Assembly (NCBI GenBank): GCA_964202905.1
Contig: CAXNJO010000004.1
Coordinates: forward strand, 96,001-160,000
Direction: 5' to 3'
Length of the DNA: 64,000 bases
From: Polyangiales bacterium
GTDB lineage: Bacteria > Myxococcota_A > Polyangia > Polyangiales > JADJQN01
Made by a program: the position numbers and the translations under genes. Of this stretch, positions 8,274 to 17,159 are shown piece by piece. Each line of letters starts with the position of its first letter. Within the stretch, counting starts at the first letter, position 1. The notes under the pieces were generated by a model. It did no database searches. It saw nothing but the letters and a program-made list of their open reading frames with translations, and was not told the origin of the DNA.

Positions 8274-11096
8274 TCAACCGAGGTCCGCGAGGGTGCGCTC
8301 GACGCGTTCGGCGTCCGCCGTGAGCCCGATGCGCCGGAGGATCACGCGGGCTTCTCCGAGCCGGTCGCGGGCGCCCTCGAGGTCCGCGCGTTCGATGAGG
8401 TGGAAGCCGAGCTCCGCCATCGAGCGGGCCGACTCCTTCTCGCTGCCGATCTCGCGGAAGATGTCGATGGACGAGAGGAACGCCTCTTCGGCGCGCCGAT
8501 CGATCTGGCCCGACGCGTCGAAGAGCGTGCTCGCGCGCAGCTCGCCGAGCGCGCGGTACGCCATGCCGATGGCCTCGCGGCTGCCGTATTGCTCGGCGAG
8601 CGCGAGTGCGTGGGTGACCTGCGCCTCGGCGCCATCGTCGTTGCGACGCAGCAGGAGCACGCCGAGGTTGCGCTCGATCGCGGCGCGGGCGCGCAGATCC
8701 TCGAGTGTGGCGCAGAGCTCGCGGGCGGTCGTCAGCGGCTCGAGTGCCTCGTCGAGGCGCTTCTCCGAGAGCAGGGCCTCGCCGAGGTTGTTCAGCAGGA
8801 ACACCTGCGTTCGCACGTCGCCGATCTCGCGCGCCTGCGAGAGCCCGTCGCGCCAACACGTGAGGGCAACCTCTGCGTGGCCGCGCTCGAAGGCGAGGAT
8901 GCCGAGCGCGTTGAGGGACTGGACGATGCCTTCGAGGTCCCCGATCTGTTTGCGAATCTCGAGGGCCTGCCGGAAACAGCCTTCGGCGACCTCGAGCTGG
9001 CCGAGGGCGAGCTCGATGGCCCCGTACGTCGTCAGCGAGAGCGCCTCACCGCGCGCGTCGGCGTGCGCGCGGCGGATCTCGAGCGCCTCGGCGGCCGCCG
9101 TGCGCGCGGGGACCAACTCGCCGAGCAGCCGCATCACCTGCGCGAGATCGTCGAGCGTGCTCGCGACGCCGCGGACGTCGCCGGCGCTGCGGAACAGGCC
9201 GAGCGCGCGCTCGAGGAGCACCCGGGCGTTCGCGTCCGCGCCGCGCTGCCGCTCGATGCGCGCGAGCCGGTTGAGCGCGGCGCCGCCCTTGTTCGGGGCG
9301 CCGATCTGCCAGGCGAGCCGCAGCATCTCCGAGAAGGAGCGCTTGGCGTCGTCGTAGCGGCCGAGCGTCGTCAGCAGCGAGCCGTGCTGGAGCAGCGCCT
9401 CGACGCGCTTGGCGACGTCCTCCGTGTCGAGCAGCGGCAGCGCGCGCTCGACGCAGCGGAGCGCCGCGGCGGTGCGCAGCTTCTGCCGCTCGAAGATGGC
9501 CGACTCGAGGTACGCGCGGCCTGCGCGCGCCCCCATCCCGGCGCGCTCGAGGTGAGGCGCGATCATCGCGGCGACGCCCTCGCGCGACACCTCCGCCCGC
9601 AGCGTCAGAAAGCGCGCGACCGCCGCGTGCCGGGCGACGCGCGTCGCCTCGGGGAGTTCGCCGTAGAGGAGCGCGCGGGTGCCGGCATGCACGAACACGA
9701 ACTCGCGCGACCCGGGCAGGTCGCTCGTCGGTGTGAGTTCGATGAAGCCCAGGTATTCGAGACGCGCGATGTCGGCGTCGAGAGCGCGCTCGTCTCCGTC
9801 CTCGGGCCAGAGCGACGCGACATCGCCGAGGGTGCCCGGGGCCTCCCGCTCCGCGCGCATCTGCGCGAGCACCGCGCCGGACCAGAACACCTCGCCCACC
9901 ACCGCCGCGCGGTCGAGCGTCGCGCGCACGGAGGCGTCGACACGCGAGAGCCGCGCCCGAATCGCGTCCTCGGCCGTCACCGGCGAGCCCGGCTCGTCGA
10001 GCCGCGCGAGGTCGACCACCAGCCCGTCCTCCGTGGGTTGGAACAGCCCCGCGTCGGAGAGCGCGAGGACCAGCTCGCGGAGCGCGCTCGGGTTTCCCCG
10101 TGATCGATGCGTGATCGCCGCGACGAGCGGCTCCGGCGCCGCGCTCAGCGTCGGCAGCAGCGTGAGCAGCACGGTCGCGACGTCACCTTCGGTGAAGGGC
10201 GCGATCGCCGTCGCCGTCGTCCCGCCCGCGGCCTCGATCGCACGCGCGCGCTCGAGCACCGGCGCGTCGCCCGCGACCACCACCGCGAGGTGCGCGTCCG
10301 CGTGGAGGACCGCGTCGAGCAGATCCCACACCTCCGCCGCGGCCTCGTGCATGTTGTCGAGCAGCAGCAAGACGGGGCGCTTCTGGGCCTCCCCCTCGAG
10401 GAAGCGCGTGACCGCGAGGCGCGCGCGGCGGCGCAACTCCTCGGGCTGGCGCTTGAGCGGCGTGAGGAAGGGGCTGTCGGGGAAGGGCACCCCGGCGACG
10501 TGCCCGAGCAGGTGCGTCGTCTCCGCGACACGGATGGCGTCGCTCGCGCCGATCACCTCGCCGACGATCATGGCCATCTGCCCGCGCACGACCGCGGGGA
10601 ATGTCGAGGGGGTCACGCGGAAGCGCTCGAGCAGGAGCCGCGAGAAGGGCGCGTACGCGCCGTCGCCGCCCTCGCGACACGCGGCGTAGAGCACCAACAC
10701 CTCGGGCTCGATGCGCGCCGCGAACTCGCTCGCGTAGACGAGCAAACGCGTCTTGCCCGAGCCGCGTCCGCCCTCGAGCGCCACGAGCGTCGGCATCCCG
10801 ACGGTGAACGCGCGCTCGACGCTGGTCCGTATGGCCTCCGAGGCCTCGGCCTGCCCGATGAACGGCGCCTCCTGCTCGCCTGTGAGTTCGACCCCCGCGT
10901 CCGCGGCGGCCTCCTCGTCGGTCGCGTCGCCCGGCGTGCCCTCGTCCGGCTCGCGCGCCGCGACCGCGAGGCTCCCGGTGAACGTCGCGCGGCGTGTCCC
11001 TGCGGATCCGAGCGGCGCGCCGCAGCGGGCGCAGGCGCGCCAGATCTTCGGGTTCGAGAAGCTGCACGAGGCACAGGCCGAGAGCGCGGGATCCAT
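8274..11096 (-). CDS. Zinc-ribbon + AAA/STAND ATPase + TPR protein
   Basis: N-terminal CxxC...CxxC, Walker A GGRGSGKT, Walker B LLLLDNMH, GNP motif, long C-terminal TPR array. Start may be GTG 11165. Confidence 0.8.
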   Translation of the reverse strand: MDPALSACASCSFSNPKIWRACARCGAPLGSAGTRRATFTGSLAVAAREPDEGTPGDATDEEAAADAGVELTGEQEAPFIGQAEASEAIRTSVERAFTVGMPTLVALEGGRGSGKTRLLVYASEFAARIEPEVLVLYAACREGGDGAYAPFSRLLLERFRVTPSTFPAVVRGQMAMIVGEVIGASDAIRVAETTHLLGHVAGVPFPDSPFLTPLKRQPEELRRRARLAVTRFLEGEAQKRPVLLLLDNMHEAAAEVWDLLDAVLHADAHLAVVVAGDAPVLERARAIEAAGGTTATAIAPFTEGDVATVLLTLLPTLSAAPEPLVAAITHRSRGNPSALRELVLALSDAGLFQPTEDGLVVDLARLDEPGSPVTAEDAIRARLSRVDASVRATLDRAAVVGEVFWSGAVLAQMRAEREAPGTLGDVASLWPEDGDERALDADIARLEYLGFIELTPTSDLPGSREFVFVHAGTRALLYGELPEATRVARHAAVARFLTLRAEVSREGVAAMIAPHLERAGMGARAGRAYLESAIFERQKLRTAAALRCVERALPLLDTEDVAKRVEALLQHGSLLTTLGRYDDAKRSFSEMLRLAWQIGAPNKGGAALNRLARIERQRGADANARVLLERALGLFRSAGDVRGVASTLDDLAQVMRLLGELVPARTAAAEALEIRRAHADARGEALSLTTYGAIELALGQLEVAEGCFRQALEIRKQIGDLEGIVQSLNALGILAFERGHAEVALTCWRDGLSQAREIGDVRTQVFLLNNLGEALLSEKRLDEALEPLTTARELCATLEDLRARAAIERNLGVLLLRRNDDGAEAQVTHALALAEQYGSREAIGMAYRALGELRASTLFDASGQIDRRAEEAFLSSIDIFREIGSEKESARSMAELGFHLIERADLEGARDRLGEARVILRRIGLTADAERVERTLADLG

Positions 11097-11167
11097 GGCG
11101 CCGGTTGTCGCAGATGGTCGGGCCGTTGTCACCGCCCGCCCGGTCGCCGACACCACGCGCGGCACGA

Positions 11168-12250
11168 TCAGCGCGCGGCGTCGCTCCGGCAGCGTGTGCG
11201 CGCGCTCTCGCGGAGCCGCGCCTGCCTCTCCGCGAGCACCTCGGGCGGCAGCACCGCGGGCGGTGCCACCTCGCCGACATCGGCGCTGCCCCGCGGAACG
11301 TAGAACAGTGACACGTCGTCGACCACGTCGAAGAGCTCGTCGCCCGCCGCGAGCAGCGCGCAGTTCCGCGCCATCAGATCGTCGTGGATCAGCGTGAACG
11401 CCTCGACGCTCCACGCGTGCGTGTCGTGCAGCAGGATGATCCCGCCGCGCTCCCCCTCGTCGCGCTCGCGCCGTTCGAACACGCGGCGCCAGGTCTCGAG
11501 CACGTCCGCGGCGGAGCGGACCTGGAAGTCTCCGGTGCCCAGGTTCCACATCACGATCGTGTACCCGCGCCCGGCGACGAACTCGTCGTTGCGCCGCGCG
11601 TGCATGCCGAAGGGAGGCCGGAAGAGCCACGGCCTCGCGCCGAAGACCTCCTCGAAGATCCGCTCATTTTCCTCGATCTGGAAGCGCAGCGACTCCGAGC
11701 CGAGGGTCGGCAACGGGAGGTGGTCGACGGTGTGGCTCGCGACGACGTGCCCGCGGCGCACGACGTCCCGAGCGATCTCCTGCTGCTCACGCTGTCGCCG
11801 GTTCTCGCCGCGGATGCGATGCCCCGCCATGAAGAACACCGCGCGCGCGCCCGCCGCATCGAGTCGGTCGAGGAGTTTCGGGGTCGTCGAGCGCTCGGGG
11901 CCGTCGTCGAAGGTGAAGAGGATCAGGCGGTGCGGTGTCGCGCCCCCGATGGTGAGGCCCGCAGCCGTACGCTCGCCAAGCGGGTCGCCGGCGCGTGCGG
12001 CGTCGCGGGTGCGGCCGCCTTCGTGGAGCGGGTCGGGCGGAAACGCGGCGACGACCTCGATGGGGGCCGCCCGAGGCAGCGCCGCCGCGGCAGGAGCCGT
12101 TGCGCGGACCTGCGCGACCCGCTGCGGAACGCGGGCCTGGCCCGGGATTGTGCGCGTCGCGTGCGCCATCGCCGCACCGCCCGCGAGCGCGGCCGCACAG
12201 AGCACCCACCGGCTCAGCCAGCCAGCGCGCGGGGTCGTGGGCGGTCGCAT
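11168..12250 (-). CDS. Polysaccharide deacetylase (CE4/NodB family), exported
   Basis: Signal-like N-terminus; TFDDGP, SHTVDH, FRPPFG, ILLHD motifs. Confidence 0.9.
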   Translation of the reverse strand: MRPPTTPRAGWLSRWVLCAAALAGGAAMAHATRTIPGQARVPQRVAQVRATAPAAAALPRAAPIEVVAAFPPDPLHEGGRTRDAARAGDPLGERTAAGLTIGGATPHRLILFTFDDGPERSTTPKLLDRLDAAGARAVFFMAGHRIRGENRRQREQQEIARDVVRRGHVVASHTVDHLPLPTLGSESLRFQIEENERIFEEVFGARPWLFRPPFGMHARRNDEFVAGRGYTIVMWNLGTGDFQVRSAADVLETWRRVFERRERDEGERGGIILLHDTHAWSVEAFTLIHDDLMARNCALLAAGDELFDVVDDVSLFYVPRGSADVGEVAPPAVLPPEVLAERQARLRESARTRCRSDAAR

Positions 12251-12386
12251 GCGTCGACAGGGTAGGCAGCGCGTGCACGGCACCGCCAGAAAACGTGTAC
12301 CCCCGCACCGCCCCGCGACGGGCACGGCGCGCCGCGCACGTTCGCGCCTCACCGTCCTCGAGGGGCAGGTCGAGAGGGTCAGGGTG

Positions 12387-12409
12387 TGACGGGCAGCCCG
12401 TGCCCGTCA
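12387..12409 (-). terminator. Hairpin downstream of the lipoprotein gene (possible terminator)
   Basis: Perfect 9-bp inverted repeat TGACGGGCA-5 nt-TGCCCGTCA; no U-tract. Confidence 0.4.
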
Positions 12410-12435
12410 GTTCGTGACCGTCAATTCGTGACCGT
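12394..12435. repeat. 14-bp tandem repeat, 3 copies, spanning the lipoprotein stop codon
   Basis: CAGCCCGTGCCCGT / CAGTTCGTGACCGT / CAATTCGTGACCGT. Confidence 0.75.
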
Positions 12436-12804
12436 GAGGACCGTGCCGGCGCTGGAAATGTCGATGCCGCCGGTGTTCGAGAACAGCGCGTTGTGGTTGC
12501 AGTCCTCGAGCTTCACGTCCCAGACGCCGGTGCCGACCGTCCACATGTAGTTCGAGCCCGGCTGGATCACGTTGCTGCCGAGCTGGTCCGGGCCCCAGTT
12601 CGGGTCGCTGTGGGCCGAGATCATCGCGTAGCAGATGACCGTCGATGACTGGTTGTTGATCATGAACACGCCCGCGTTCGGGGCAGCGCCCATCGGGGCA
12701 TTGCCGCCCGTGTTGGTGCCGCCGGCGGCGACGATGCCGGGGCCGCAGGCGGTGAGGGACGCGAACGCGAGCACCATGGTGAGAGCGCGGAGAGAGAAGG
12801 TCAT
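12421..12804 (-). CDS. Small lipoprotein with a beta-rich domain
   Basis: Lipobox LTAC; NNQSSTVICYAMIS...WGPDQLGSNVIQPG...WDVKLEDC; strong GC3 codon bias. Confidence 0.8.
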   Translation of the reverse strand: MTFSLRALTMVLAFASLTACGPGIVAAGGTNTGGNAPMGAAPNAGVFMINNQSSTVICYAMISAHSDPNWGPDQLGSNVIQPGSNYMWTVGTGVWDVKLEDCNHNALFSNTGGIDISSAGTVLTVTN

Positions 12805-12858
12805 GGCGGCTGACGCTAGACGAAGCGTGCCGCATCCTGCAAGCCCCCTCAGACCGCC

Positions 12859-14295
12859 TCAATCGCTCGCGAAATCGAGCGGGACATCGAGGGCCAGTGA
12901 CTCCACACCGCCGGGGGGCGGGAAGCTCCAGCGGCGCGCTTGGTTCTCCACGCAGGTCGAGAGCCACGGCAGCGGCGTCGTCGCCGAGAGGGTCGCGCGC
13001 GTGACCCGGCCGCTCGGCGCGACCCAGGCGCGCAGCGTCATCTGGCCGGTGAGGTCCGGCCGTCGCAGGAGGGCGGTGCGGTAGCAACGCTGGAGTCCGT
13101 CCATCCCGCGGGCGACGACGGCGCGCACCGCCGACGGCGCGAGCACGCCGTGCGAGGGGGCTGCGTCGGGCTCGGGCGCGCCGGCGAGGGTCGGGTCGAG
13201 CGAGCTGCCCTCGGGCGACACCTCGAACTCGAAGCGCGTCGGTGCGCCGGACAGCGCGAACGACACACCCCGGTGTGTGCCGGGTGACGCGCGCATGGCG
13301 ATCGTGCCGGCGATGGGCAGCGCGAGCCCGTCGATCTCGAGGCCGCGGAGGCCCTCGAGGCGGGGCACACGCAGCGCGGGCCAGTCGCGCGCCTTCGCGT
13401 CGAGGCCGACCGGCGCGACGAGCACCGAGGGATGCACGGCGACGGTGTCGGGCGACGAGTTCCAACGCCCGGGCCCCGTGACGCTCGTGACGGTGCCCTC
13501 GGCGTCGCGCACGTCGACCGTGCCGTCGGCGACGCTGAGCGTCACGACACCCCCCGCCAGATGCGCGACGGCGAAGCGCGTCCCCCGCACGGTGAAGACC
13601 CAATCGCCGGCGCGCACCTCGTAGCGGGCTCCCGCATCGAGGGGAGCGACGCGGCTCGTCACGCGCCCCTGCTCGAGCGTGAGTTGCGTCGCTCGCTCGC
13701 GGCTGCGGGCGAGCGTGACGCGCGTCTCGTCGCCGAGGAGGAACCCAGTCCCGTCTGCGAGCCGGAGGTGCACCGTGCTCCGTGGGAACGTGGCGACCAG
13801 CGCGCCCTCGCGTACGGTCGCGTCGAGCGTCAGCGGGCGCTCGTCGGCCGTCGCGTGCCCGGCGACGAGCATGACCCGGGCCTCGCGCGGCGCACCCTCG
13901 CGTGCCGCCGCGAGCGCCGCGGCGTCCGGGCGCTCCGTCGGCGCCGCTTCCGCGGGCCAGAGCGCCCCGCCGGTGACGAGCGCGAGCACCGCCGCGGCCG
14001 CTGCGAACCCGCCCCACAGCGCGTGCCGTGCGCCGGCGCGCTCACGCCGGACGGCGCCCGCGACCTCGCGAGCCTCGCGTCGGAGCCGCGCCTCCATCGC
14101 CGCCCAGTCGGGCTCTCGCCACCGCTGCGCGGACGCCTCTCGGCGGAGCGTCTCGTAGGCGCGGATCGCGGCGAGCTCCGCGCGGCAAGCCTCGCAACCG
14201 GCGAGGTGCCGTGCGATTCGCGCGGCGCCGGCCGGCGAGAGCAGGTCCGCGTCGTAGGCGAGGAGCGCCGCCGTCTTCGGTGAATGGCGGTTCAT
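12859..14295 (-). CDS. Anti-sigma factor: zinc-binding ZAS + TM + FecR-like domain + C-terminal AgmX/PglI-type TonB_C domain
   Basis: HLAGCEAC (HxxxCxxC), TM helix, FecR-like LEQGRV...TVRGTRFAV...SVADGTV, C-terminal LQRCY...PDLTG...CV....RRWSFPPP; ATGA-coupled to the ECF sigma. Confidence 0.8.
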   Translation of the reverse strand: MNRHSPKTAALLAYDADLLSPAGAARIARHLAGCEACRAELAAIRAYETLRREASAQRWREPDWAAMEARLRREAREVAGAVRRERAGARHALWGGFAAAAAVLALVTGGALWPAEAAPTERPDAAALAAAREGAPREARVMLVAGHATADERPLTLDATVREGALVATFPRSTVHLRLADGTGFLLGDETRVTLARSRERATQLTLEQGRVTSRVAPLDAGARYEVRAGDWVFTVRGTRFAVAHLAGGVVTLSVADGTVDVRDAEGTVTSVTGPGRWNSSPDTVAVHPSVLVAPVGLDAKARDWPALRVPRLEGLRGLEIDGLALPIAGTIAMRASPGTHRGVSFALSGAPTRFEFEVSPEGSSLDPTLAGAPEPDAAPSHGVLAPSAVRAVVARGMDGLQRCYRTALLRRPDLTGQMTLRAWVAPSGRVTRATLSATTPLPWLSTCVENQARRWSFPPPGGVESLALDVPLDFASD

Positions 14296-15059
14296 CGCTC
14301 GCCTCCCGGCGGACGCTTCGCCGCCGCCGCAGGGGCCGGGCCGTCGGGCACGGCCGCGCCGAGCGCCGGGCGCCCGTGGACGTCGGGGCCGAGCTCGGAG
14401 AGCAGCGCCTTCAGCCGGGGCTCGCCGGCGATCGCCGCGTAGAGCTCTTTGCGTGCGTAGAAAAGCCGCGTTCGCACCGTGAGGACCGGCGCTCCGACGA
14501 GCTCGCCGATCTCCTTCGCAGGGCGCCCCTCGAGGTCGTGGAGGACGAGCACCGTGCGCTTCTTCTCGCCGATCCCCTCGAGCAACCGGTACAGCACCGC
14601 GAGCCGCTCGGAGCACTCCGCGCGCGCCTCGGGTGAGTCGCTCGGCGCGTCGGCCGTCGGGGCCTCGGGCACTTCGACGTCCGCAATCTGCGGACGCGAA
14701 CGACCACGGCGCAAGTGCATGCGCGTGACGTTCACGGCGAGGCGGTACAGCCAGGTCGTGAACTTCGAGTCGCCGCGGAAGGTCGGGAGCGAGCGGAAGA
14801 CGTGGATGAAGACATCCTGCACGACGTCGTCGACGTCGGGCGAGGGCCCCATCACGCGCTGCACCGTCCGCGTGACGTCACTCCGGTGACGCACGAAGAG
14901 CGCGTGAAAGGCTGCCTCGTCGCCTCCCTGCGCGCTGCGGATGAGTGGATCGGGCGCGTCCATCGTGGGCGTGGGCCTCGCGAGCGCGGCGGGAGCCGCG
15001 TGAAGCGTCGTGGAAGCGAGGTGAACCGCGAGGGCGGAGCTGGGGGAGGAGGCTACCAT
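14292..15059 (-). CDS. ECF RNA polymerase sigma factor
   Basis: Region 2 DDVVQDVF...FRGDSKFTTWLYRLAVN; region 4 KEIGELVGAPVLTVRTRLFYARK. Start could be ATG 14963. Confidence 0.9.
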   Translation of the reverse strand: MVASSPSSALAVHLASTTLHAAPAALARPTPTMDAPDPLIRSAQGGDEAAFHALFVRHRSDVTRTVQRVMGPSPDVDDVVQDVFIHVFRSLPTFRGDSKFTTWLYRLAVNVTRMHLRRGRSRPQIADVEVPEAPTADAPSDSPEARAECSERLAVLYRLLEGIGEKKRTVLVLHDLEGRPAKEIGELVGAPVLTVRTRLFYARKELYAAIAGEPRLKALLSELGPDVHGRPALGAAVPDGPAPAAAAKRPPGGER

Positions 15060-15156
15060 GGGGAGGGTCCGTTCGCGTCGGATCTCCGTTGCCCCGCGAC
15101 CTGCGCTGCGTTCAACCGCGTGCGCCGTATCGCTCCCACCGAGCCTGGGGAATGAA

Positions 15157-15237
15157 TCAGCGCAGCTTGCGGTTGGCGAGGCGGAAGACGTCGTCTGCGA
15201 GCAGGAGCCCGATGACCGTGGCGACGAAGAAGACCAT
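15157..15237 (-). CDS. Putative 26-aa small membrane peptide MVFFVATVIGLLLADDVFRLANRKLR
   Basis: Not in the ORF track; ATG 15237 to TGA 15157; 24 of 25 non-Met sense codons end in G/C; hydrophobic N-half and basic tail. Confidence 0.5.
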   Translation of the reverse strand: MVFFVATVIGLLLADDVFRLANRKLR

Positions 15238-15369
15238 GGGCCGTGTTTCGCCGAACGCGCGATCCCGGTCAAAAAAGCGTCACGGCGCGCGCCGCGACGT
15301 CGAGCGCGACCCGCACCCCGCGCGCGGCCGCGCTTGCGACGGGCACCCCGTTCGACTAGGACCGCCGCC

Positions 15370-16410
15370 GTGATCCACGTAGAACGACTGACCAAGCGCT
15401 ACGGCGACCGGATCGCGGTCCGCGACCTCTCCTTCTCCGTCAAGAAGGGTGAGGTCGTCGGCTTCCTCGGTCCCAACGGCGCCGGCAAGAGCACCACGCT
15501 GCGTATGCTCACGGGCTTCCTCGAGCCGAGCGCCGGGTCGATCCGCATCGGCGACGTGGACGCCCTCGCGCGGCCGATCGAGGCCCGTCGCCAGATCGGC
15601 TACATGCCCGAGGCCGTCCCGCTCTATCCGGAGATGCGCATCGACGAATACCTCGCGTACCGCGCGCGGCTGAAGGGCGTGCCGCGCCGCGACGTGAAGC
15701 GGAAGGTCGATGCGGCCCTCGAGAAGGCGCGCGTGACCGACGTGCGCACGCGGATCATCGGGCAGCTCTCGAAGGGCTACAAGCAGCGCGTCGGCCTCGC
15801 GGACGCGCTCGTCGCGGACCCGCCACTGCTCGTGCTCGACGAGCCCACCGCCGGCCTCGATCCCAACCAGATCCGGCAAGTGCGCGATCTCGTGCGCAGC
15901 CTCGCGGGCGAACACACCGTGCTGCTCTCGACGCACATCCTCCCCGAGGTCGAGGCGGCGTGCGGGCGGGTGCTCATCCTGCACAAGGGCGAGCTCAAGC
16001 TCGAGGGCGACACCTCGACCATCCGCCTCACGATGGGCGGGAACACCGCGCTGCTGCTCTCGCTCGTCGGGCGCGGCGAGCGTGCCGCGTTCGAGGCGGC
16101 GCTCGCGGGGACCCCGGGCGTGCGGCGCGTCACCGACGCGCACGACCTCGACGGCGGCCTCGTCCGCCTCCGGATCGAGGCCGATGGGCGACCCGAGATC
16201 GCCGAGGAGGTCTTCCGCGCGGTCGCGGCCGCGGGGCTCGTGCTGCGCGAGCTGCGGTCGGAGGCCATCTCGCTCGAGGACGTCTTCACGCAGATCACGA
16301 CGCACGACGCCGACGAGGGAACGCCAGAGTCCGAACCGCCCGCGCCCGCCGAGGCGGCAGGGGCCACCGACGAGGACCGCGGGGCCGCGGGGCCGGGAGG
16401 CGCGTCGTGA
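15370..16410 (+). CDS. ABC transporter ATP-binding protein (GldA-like)
   Basis: GPNGAGKST, LSKGYKQR, LVLDEPTAGLDP, STH. Confidence 0.92.
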   Translation: MIHVERLTKRYGDRIAVRDLSFSVKKGEVVGFLGPNGAGKSTTLRMLTGFLEPSAGSIRIGDVDALARPIEARRQIGYMPEAVPLYPEMRIDEYLAYRARLKGVPRRDVKRKVDAALEKARVTDVRTRIIGQLSKGYKQRVGLADALVADPPLLVLDEPTAGLDPNQIRQVRDLVRSLAGEHTVLLSTHILPEVEAACGRVLILHKGELKLEGDTSTIRLTMGGNTALLLSLVGRGERAAFEAALAGTPGVRRVTDAHDLDGGLVRLRIEADGRPEIAEEVFRAVAAAGLVLRELRSEAISLEDVFTQITTHDADEGTPESEPPAPAEAAGATDEDRGAAGPGGAS

Positions 16411-17159
16411 GCGCGTCCCTCATCATCGCGCGGCGCGAGATCTTCTCGTTCTTCGTGTCGCCGATCGCCTACGTGGTCCTCACCGCGTGGCTCCTCTGGT
16501 CAGGCGGCGTTTTCTGGGTGCTGATGAGCTTCGTCGCGGGGCAGGGCGTCGCCCAGTCCGCGTCGCAGAACCCCATCAGCCTCATCTTCGGGGGCACGAC
16601 GCTCTTCTACATCCCGCTCCTCGTGTTCGTGCCGATCATGACCATGCGGCTCGTCGCCGAGGAGCGCCGGACCGGGACGCTCGAGCTCCTGTTGACGGCG
16701 CCGGTGCGCGACGCGGAGGTCGTCGCCGGCAAGTACCTCGCGGCGCTCGTGTTCTGGCTCGCGATGTGGGTGCCGACGCTCATGTACGTGTGGCTCGTGA
16801 GCCGCTACGGTGACGTCGACCCGGGCGCCGTCGGCGCGAGCTACCTCGGCATCTTCGGCATCGGCGTCTACTACATGGCCGTCGGCGTGCTGATGAGCTC
16901 GCTCTCGCGGAACCAGATCGTCGCGGCGGTCCTCACCTTCCTGACGCTCGGCGGCCTCTTCATGCTCGGTGTCCTCGAGTTCGTGTTCCAGGACTCCGAG
17001 TACAAAGACCTCTTCTCGTATGCGTCCATCTGGGGGCACATGGAGGCCTTCTCGAAGGGCCTCGTGGACACGCGCTTCCTCGTGTTCGACGTGAGCATCG
17101 CGGCCATCGCGCTCTTCTTCGCCGTGCGGGCGGTCGCCTCGCGCCGGGGTGCCCAGTGA
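16407..17159 (+). CDS. ABC-2 type permease (GldF-like)
   Basis: REIFSFFVSPIAY, TMRLVAEERRTGTLELLLTAPV, GKY; about 6 TMs; GTGA overlap with the upstream gene. Confidence 0.9.
   Translation: MSASLIIARREIFSFFVSPIAYVVLTAWLLWSGGVFWVLMSFVAGQGVAQSASQNPISLIFGGTTLFYIPLLVFVPIMTMRLVAEERRTGTLELLLTAPVRDAEVVAGKYLAALVFWLAMWVPTLMYVWLVSRYGDVDPGAVGASYLGIFGIGVYYMAVGVLMSSLSRNQIVAAVLTFLTLGGLFMLGVLEFVFQDSEYKDLFSYASIWGHMEAFSKGLVDTRFLVFDVSIAAIALFFAVRAVASRRGAQ

Noticed and set aside
8274..11096. STAND-TPR protein as an Avs-type defence system
   Set aside because: No nuclease, TIR, SIR2 or protease effector; the architecture fits signalling STAND proteins.
12394..12435. Short repeats as a possible CRISPR array (also 27596-27649)
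   Set aside because: Tandem units without spacers, too short, and no cas genes.
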